From: Candidatus Hydrothermarchaeales archaeon
Lineage (GTDB): Archaea > Hydrothermarchaeota > Hydrothermarchaeia > Hydrothermarchaeales > JAZGAD01
Direction of reading: 5' to 3'
Assembly (NCBI GenBank): GCA_036444275.1
Contig: JAZGAD010000014.1
Coordinates: forward strand, 20,070-84,069
DNA: 64,000 nt
Shown in pieces: positions 59,983 through 64,000 of the stretch (within the stretch, counting starts at the first letter, position 1; every line of letters starts with the position of its first letter). The position numbers and the translations under genes are program-made. Under the pieces are notes generated by a model. It was not told where the DNA came from. It worked only from the letters and a program-made list of their open reading frames with translations, and ran no database searches.

Positions 59983-60624
59983 TTGCAGTTGAAAAGAGAA
60001 AACGGAGTTATCTTCGCCGTGGACGTTGGTGATAAGAAAAGAGCTCTAGTGATCTGTGAGGATGTCAAGGGCTATGTGGACGCTATAAAAGTGGGCTATC
60101 CCTTGATATTAAACGCAGGCATAGGGATTATCGAGGAGCTCAAGCGTTTTGGGAAGCCTGTCATAGCAGACCTCAAGGTGGCCGACATACCAGAGATCAG
60201 TGCCAGAATATGTGAGCTTGCTGGGCGGGCGGACTACGTCATAGTGCACGGCTTCGTAGGCGAGGACATGGTAAAAGCTTGCTCTGATGTGGTATCTATC
60301 TTCGTTGTGGCTGAGATGAGCCATCCTGGTGCTAGAGACTTTATGGAGGAGTGTTCTGAGGAGATAGCGGCGTTGGCTAAGGGCTATGCTCGTGGGATAG
60401 TGGCTCCGGCAACTCGTCCTGAAAGGATAAAAAAACTGAGGAAGGTGGTGGGAGACCTTCTGATAATATCACCTGGAGTTAAGGCGCAGGGCGCTAAAGT
60501 TGGGGACGCCATTAAGGCTGGGGCAGACTTTGAGATAATAGGCAGGGGAATCTACGAAGCAGAAGATCCAGCTAGGGCTGCTAAGGAGTTCTCTGGGGCG
60601 ATAAAGGGTTTGCTGGCAAATTGA
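59983..60624 (+). CDS. pyrF: Orotidine-5'-phosphate decarboxylase
   Basis: AIKVGYPL, IADLKVADIP, EMSHPG, SPGVKAQG and IIGRGIY. Confidence 0.93.
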   Translation: MQLKRENGVIFAVDVGDKKRALVICEDVKGYVDAIKVGYPLILNAGIGIIEELKRFGKPVIADLKVADIPEISARICELAGRADYVIVHGFVGEDMVKACSDVVSIFVVAEMSHPGARDFMEECSEEIAALAKGYARGIVAPATRPERIKKLRKVVGDLLIISPGVKAQGAKVGDAIKAGADFEIIGRGIYEAEDPARAAKEFSGAIKGLLAN

Positions 60625-60664
60625 AGATATCATCTGGGCTTTGCTGATCAAACCTTCTCGAATA

Positions 60665-60910
60665 TTAATCCTCGATCCCCGGCCACTTAAGGCCCCTTTC
60701 TCTGAGATATTCCGTGAGAGCCTCCTCCTTCTCCCCGTCGGTCAGAGGGGTGGACTCAGCTCTACCCCTAAGGCTTCCCCTCTGGAGCTTGATCTTCCAT
60801 AAGACAATCTCCTTAATAGTATTCTCGTCTTTCGCCTCTTTCTCTATATTGTTCAGCTCGGATAAGAGCCTCTCTGCGACTATACTCATTTTTGGCGGTG
60901 GCCTTGTCAT
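60665..60910 (-). CDS. Hypothetical protein
   Basis: 81-aa ORF with GGAG RBS, directly downstream of the reconstructed HEPN stop codon. Confidence 0.5.
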   Translation of the reverse strand: MTRPPPKMSIVAERLLSELNNIEKEAKDENTIKEIVLWKIKLQRGSLRGRAESTPLTDGEKEEALTEYLRERGLKWPGIED

Positions 60911-60915
60911 CTCTC

Positions 60916-61255
60916 CTATAAATTTTCTTTTATTTTCAACATCCTTTGTTTTAACTCATGAACATCTTTTTTTAGCAACGTTCCATGTTAGTCCTAAATC
61001 AACGCCAAAATACTCATGTATGAGGATATCTCTCATCCCTGCTATCTCTTTCCAAGCGATGTCTGGATATCTATCCTTAATCTCCGTGGGTATGTTCTTA
61101 ACAGCCTCTCCTATTATCTCAATTCTTCTAATAACTGCATCTTGTAGTTGTACAGAATCGAAAAACTCGTCCTTTGTTATCCCTTCCATATATTCCTCAA
61201 TTCGTTCTATGCATTCCAATACATGTTAGATGAAAATTTTTGGATCTTTCTTCAT
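60916..61255 (-). pseudogene. hepT: HEPN (HepT/DUF86) ribonuclease toxin with a nonsense codon and a frameshift
   Basis: ATG 61255 gives MKKDPKIFI*, with TAA at 61226-61228. The frame continues with [13 protein letters not shown] and MRDILIHEY (RX4H). Removing one base from the A7 run (60967-60973) restores the tail [18 protein letters not shown]. Confidence 0.8.
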
Positions 61256-61539
61256 AGAATCACTTCTTGTTCGCTTAGAATTGTCTCTTTGAGAAGAGGA
61301 TGGAGAGAGTTGTAGGTAAGTACGTCTACCTTCATCTTCAATAATTCCTCCAAGGCTATCTTAAGACCTGCAAGATCAAGAAGGCTTTTTTCACCCTTAA
61401 ACTCCACTAAGAGGTCTATATCACTGCCTTCTTTGCTTTCTCCTCTCACAAAAGACCCAAATATCGCAGCTCTTGCCACATCGTAACGTCGTAGAATTGG
61501 GAGGATCATCTTCCTTATTTCTTCGGTGCGTGTTTTCAT
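61252..61539 (-). CDS. mntA: Minimal nucleotidyltransferase (MNT) antitoxin
   Basis: IFGSFVRGE..EGSDIDLLVEF and KVDVLT; overlaps the HEPN start. Confidence 0.9.
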   Translation of the reverse strand: MKTRTEEIRKMILPILRRYDVARAAIFGSFVRGESKEGSDIDLLVEFKGEKSLLDLAGLKIALEELLKMKVDVLTYNSLHPLLKETILSEQEVIL

Positions 61540-61894
61540 ATTATTTCCTTCTCTTCCATATCATATAATGGTTTGTAAGTTCAAGATGGTACTTCAACTT
61601 AAAGCTAAAAATGAATATTCCCCTAGGATAACCTTTATACCGCCGATTATTGTAAATATGTCCGCCGATGATGAGGGATATCGGGATAAAAAACCAAATT
61701 TTGGATCTTTAATCTATCTGAGTATGGCCTTAATGAATACATAATCCTAGTCTCACATCAAAAATATGGGATGCTTGGAGTTGACTAAGAAAATTTATAT
61801 ATGTATTTTAATGTTATTTAAATTAGATTAATTATAAAGCAATGGGGAATATTTAAATATAATGAGTTACATTATAAACAAAGAGGTGTAAAAT

Positions 61895-62041
61895 ATGACA
61901 GAAAAAAGGCAAGTTTGCTTCACTGTAGATAAGGAAATAATTGAGAAGATGGAAAAGGTTAGAGAAACTACTGGCATCCCGGTGAGCAAACAAATAGAGT
62001 TAACCTTAAAGGGATATGAAATAAAAAAGAAAGAAAGATAA
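61895..62041 (+). CDS. 48-aa ribbon-helix-helix DNA-binding protein (below the ORF-track cutoff)
   Basis: GAGGTG RBS; MTEKRQVCFTVDKEIIEKMEKVRETTGIPVSKQIELTLKGYEIKKKER*. Confidence 0.7.
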   Translation: MTEKRQVCFTVDKEIIEKMEKVRETTGIPVSKQIELTLKGYEIKKKER

Positions 62042-62072
62042 ACTTTATAATCCTTTAAGCCAACCCCTTAGT

Positions 62073-62525
62073 ATGGTAGGGAGTTGGGGTCTAGATTTGA
62101 ATAATGTCATTGCCTTTCTTACAGGGGGAGGAGTTTTTGAGCTACTTAGAAGATTTGGTCCCCGAATCCTTGAAAGATTCCTGAAGAAGAGGGAAGAGAA
62201 AAGTCTCGCTCATGGAGATCTCCGTGCCTCTATTCAAACCTTCTGCGACCTATGGGAGGATTATAGGGGGATCGATATACCAGGCCATAATTTCAGGGAA
62301 GATTTGAGGGTTTCACTTCAAGGAATAAGGGAACAAGCAAGGGCATACGAGCAATTCCTAGAGGCTCATATAATAACCACGTTAAGAAGCCTCTCTCAAG
62401 AATTCTTTGCCCTTCTGGAAAAGGATCCAGATGCCGATGATAAGGCATGGAGCAATTTGATAGAACATGATGGAAACAAAATCTGTGGTGAGTTTAGGAG
62501 CCTTGTAAAAGAGCATTTGAAGTAG
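62073..62525 (+). CDS. Hypothetical protein with N-terminal hydrophobic segment
   Basis: 150-aa ATG ORF, 31 bp after the RHH gene. Confidence 0.6.
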   Translation: MVGSWGLDLNNVIAFLTGGGVFELLRRFGPRILERFLKKREEKSLAHGDLRASIQTFCDLWEDYRGIDIPGHNFREDLRVSLQGIREQARAYEQFLEAHIITTLRSLSQEFFALLEKDPDADDKAWSNLIEHDGNKICGEFRSLVKEHLK

Positions 62526-62688
62526 CGTGCAAATTTCGTTTTTTATCTGCAGTCTCAGGTCAGTTGAGCTACCTTCTATAAAAAATCTGGCAGATTTTGG
62601 ACTTTTAAATTTAGCGGAATAAAACCGTTAGATATAAATAGCATATGTTACATTAGTATTAATAATTATTTAATTTTGGTGTAGCAAA

Positions 62689-63201
62689 ATGAATGACAAA
62701 ATGCCGGGACTCTCTAGTAAAGAGATAGAGGTTGTTTCCTATCTGGAGTTGAATAGCAAGTATCTCTTCAAGATGGCGGACATCGAACCTTTCTTTAAAA
62801 CCGTAAACGAGATGAGAGTCTACATTCACCGGCTCAAGAAAAAGGGCAGAATAATAAAGTTGAATAAATCGAAGTACTACCTTATACCAATAAAAGCATA
62901 CAAGGGACATTGGTCCGAGCACCCATTTATCGTCATCGATGAAATTTTCAATGGCAAGGACTACTACATCGGGGGATTGGCAGCCGCACACTACTGGGGC
63001 CTAATCGAGCAGATACCAACCCAGATAGAGGTATATACAAACAAAAAACAAGGGCAACGAAAAATCTTCAACTTCACAATTCTGTACCGGAGGATCCGTC
63101 AAAAGAGTATGAAGGGCTACATTACCCAGAGGATAAAAGAACACCCCTTCAAAATAGCGTCAAAGGAGACCAGTGAAAAATGGCTGAGATCAAGAGAATA
63201 G
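62689..63201 (+). CDS. abiEi: Type IV toxin-antitoxin antitoxin (AbiEi-like, wHTH)
   Basis: RLKKKGRIIKLNKSKY and YYIGGLAAAHYWGLIEQIP; overlaps the toxin gene. Confidence 0.85.
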   Translation: MNDKMPGLSSKEIEVVSYLELNSKYLFKMADIEPFFKTVNEMRVYIHRLKKKGRIIKLNKSKYYLIPIKAYKGHWSEHPFIVIDEIFNGKDYYIGGLAAAHYWGLIEQIPTQIEVYTNKKQGQRKIFNFTILYRRIRQKSMKGYITQRIKEHPFKIASKETSEKWLRSRE

Positions 63202-63938
63202 CCGAGGACAGGCTCCGATATCTTTCAGGCGAGAAGGGATTCAACCTAATCTACCTTGAGAAAGACTACTTTCTCACCGCTCTTCTCTATCTCATTAAAG
63301 ACCTAGAAGGAATCTACTTCAAGGGAGGAACAGCCCTTAACAAAATATATCTCGACCACACGCGGCTAAGCGAGGACCTGGACTTCACTTGCAAGGGAAA
63401 GATGAGCAGCATCCAGATCCAAATTCTAAACATGCTCGAAGAAAATAGAAAAATATTCCCAAAACAAGCATTTGACAGGAAAACATCTGACTATCTCCGG
63501 CTGAAGGTCCATTACAAGAGCTTCTTCAAAAAAACAGACTACATTATCCTCGACGTGAACAGGAAGGCCTCCCTCATCCTAGATGCGGCGAGGAGAAAAG
63601 TTCCACACTTCTATGAGAGCATTCCGGAATTTAGGGTAAACACATTGAATATTGAAGAGCTCGTGGCTGAAAAAGTTAGGGCACTGATAACCAGAAATCA
63701 GCCTAGGGATTACTTTGACGTTTACATGATATTAGAAAAAGGCTATACGGTTGATCTGGATCTAGTGAAACGAAAATTGAGCGATATAAACCAGGAATTC
63801 AACCATGAAAGAATCTTTAAAAATGCCGACAAAATCTACTCCAACTGGGAAAGAAACATAGGACAGCTCACAAACAAACCGGTGGATTTCATGAAAGTCA
63901 TAAAGAAGTTGCAAAAGGAATTCAGATACAAGTCATGA
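63180..63938 (+). CDS. abiEii: Type IV toxin-antitoxin nucleotidyltransferase toxin (AbiEii/AbiGii)
   Basis: LEKDY, FKGGTALNKIY...RLSEDLDF and EKVRAL..R..PRDYFD. Confidence 0.9.
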   Translation: MAEIKRIAEDRLRYLSGEKGFNLIYLEKDYFLTALLYLIKDLEGIYFKGGTALNKIYLDHTRLSEDLDFTCKGKMSSIQIQILNMLEENRKIFPKQAFDRKTSDYLRLKVHYKSFFKKTDYIILDVNRKASLILDAARRKVPHFYESIPEFRVNTLNIEELVAEKVRALITRNQPRDYFDVYMILEKGYTVDLDLVKRKLSDINQEFNHERIFKNADKIYSNWERNIGQLTNKPVDFMKVIKKLQKEFRYKS

Positions 63939-64000
63939 AAACAAAGCCCCCGCTCTCAAATGATATTTTCTAGTGCTTACAGGGTAATCTTTATACCGCC

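Noticed and set aside
60714-61744. Plus-strand ORFs 60714-61229 and 61526-61744
   Set aside because: Antisense to the MNT-HEPN genes or lacking any supporting motif.

Overview
Archaeal chromosome segment, probably an anaerobic euryarchaeote-like lineage using F420 and H4MPT (mtd, cofC/G/H, metV/metF, two purP, dys, pyrF, DUF749). A Hydrothermarchaeota-like host is plausible but is only an inference. The left two-thirds is an accessory cell-surface locus built around one 33.2-kb ORF (5284-38520, 11,078 aa). That protein has a signal peptide, an N-terminal module, 23 'GWG' Ig-like modules of about 0.7-1 kb with higher-order super-repeats, a Gly11/Cys-motif/coiled-coil neck, one TM helix, and a cytoplasmic HerA/VirB4/FtsK-like (DUF87-type) ATPase with intact Walker A and B. 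It lies in an apparent operon with an upstream wHTH regulator and two downstream coiled-coil proteins. Divergent from it are a kinase-less membrane PAS protein and a second, partly homologous surface-protein gene that the ORF track missed (GTG at 2191, running off the window edge). The locus also holds an AbrB/PIN toxin-antitoxin pair and ends in mobile-element debris (ISH3-like remnant). The right third is housekeeping C1, cofactor and nucleotide metabolism, followed by a TA/defence cluster (MNT plus pseudogenised HEPN, small RHH, AbiEi/AbiEii). All calls are from reading motifs by eye; no database searches were run.
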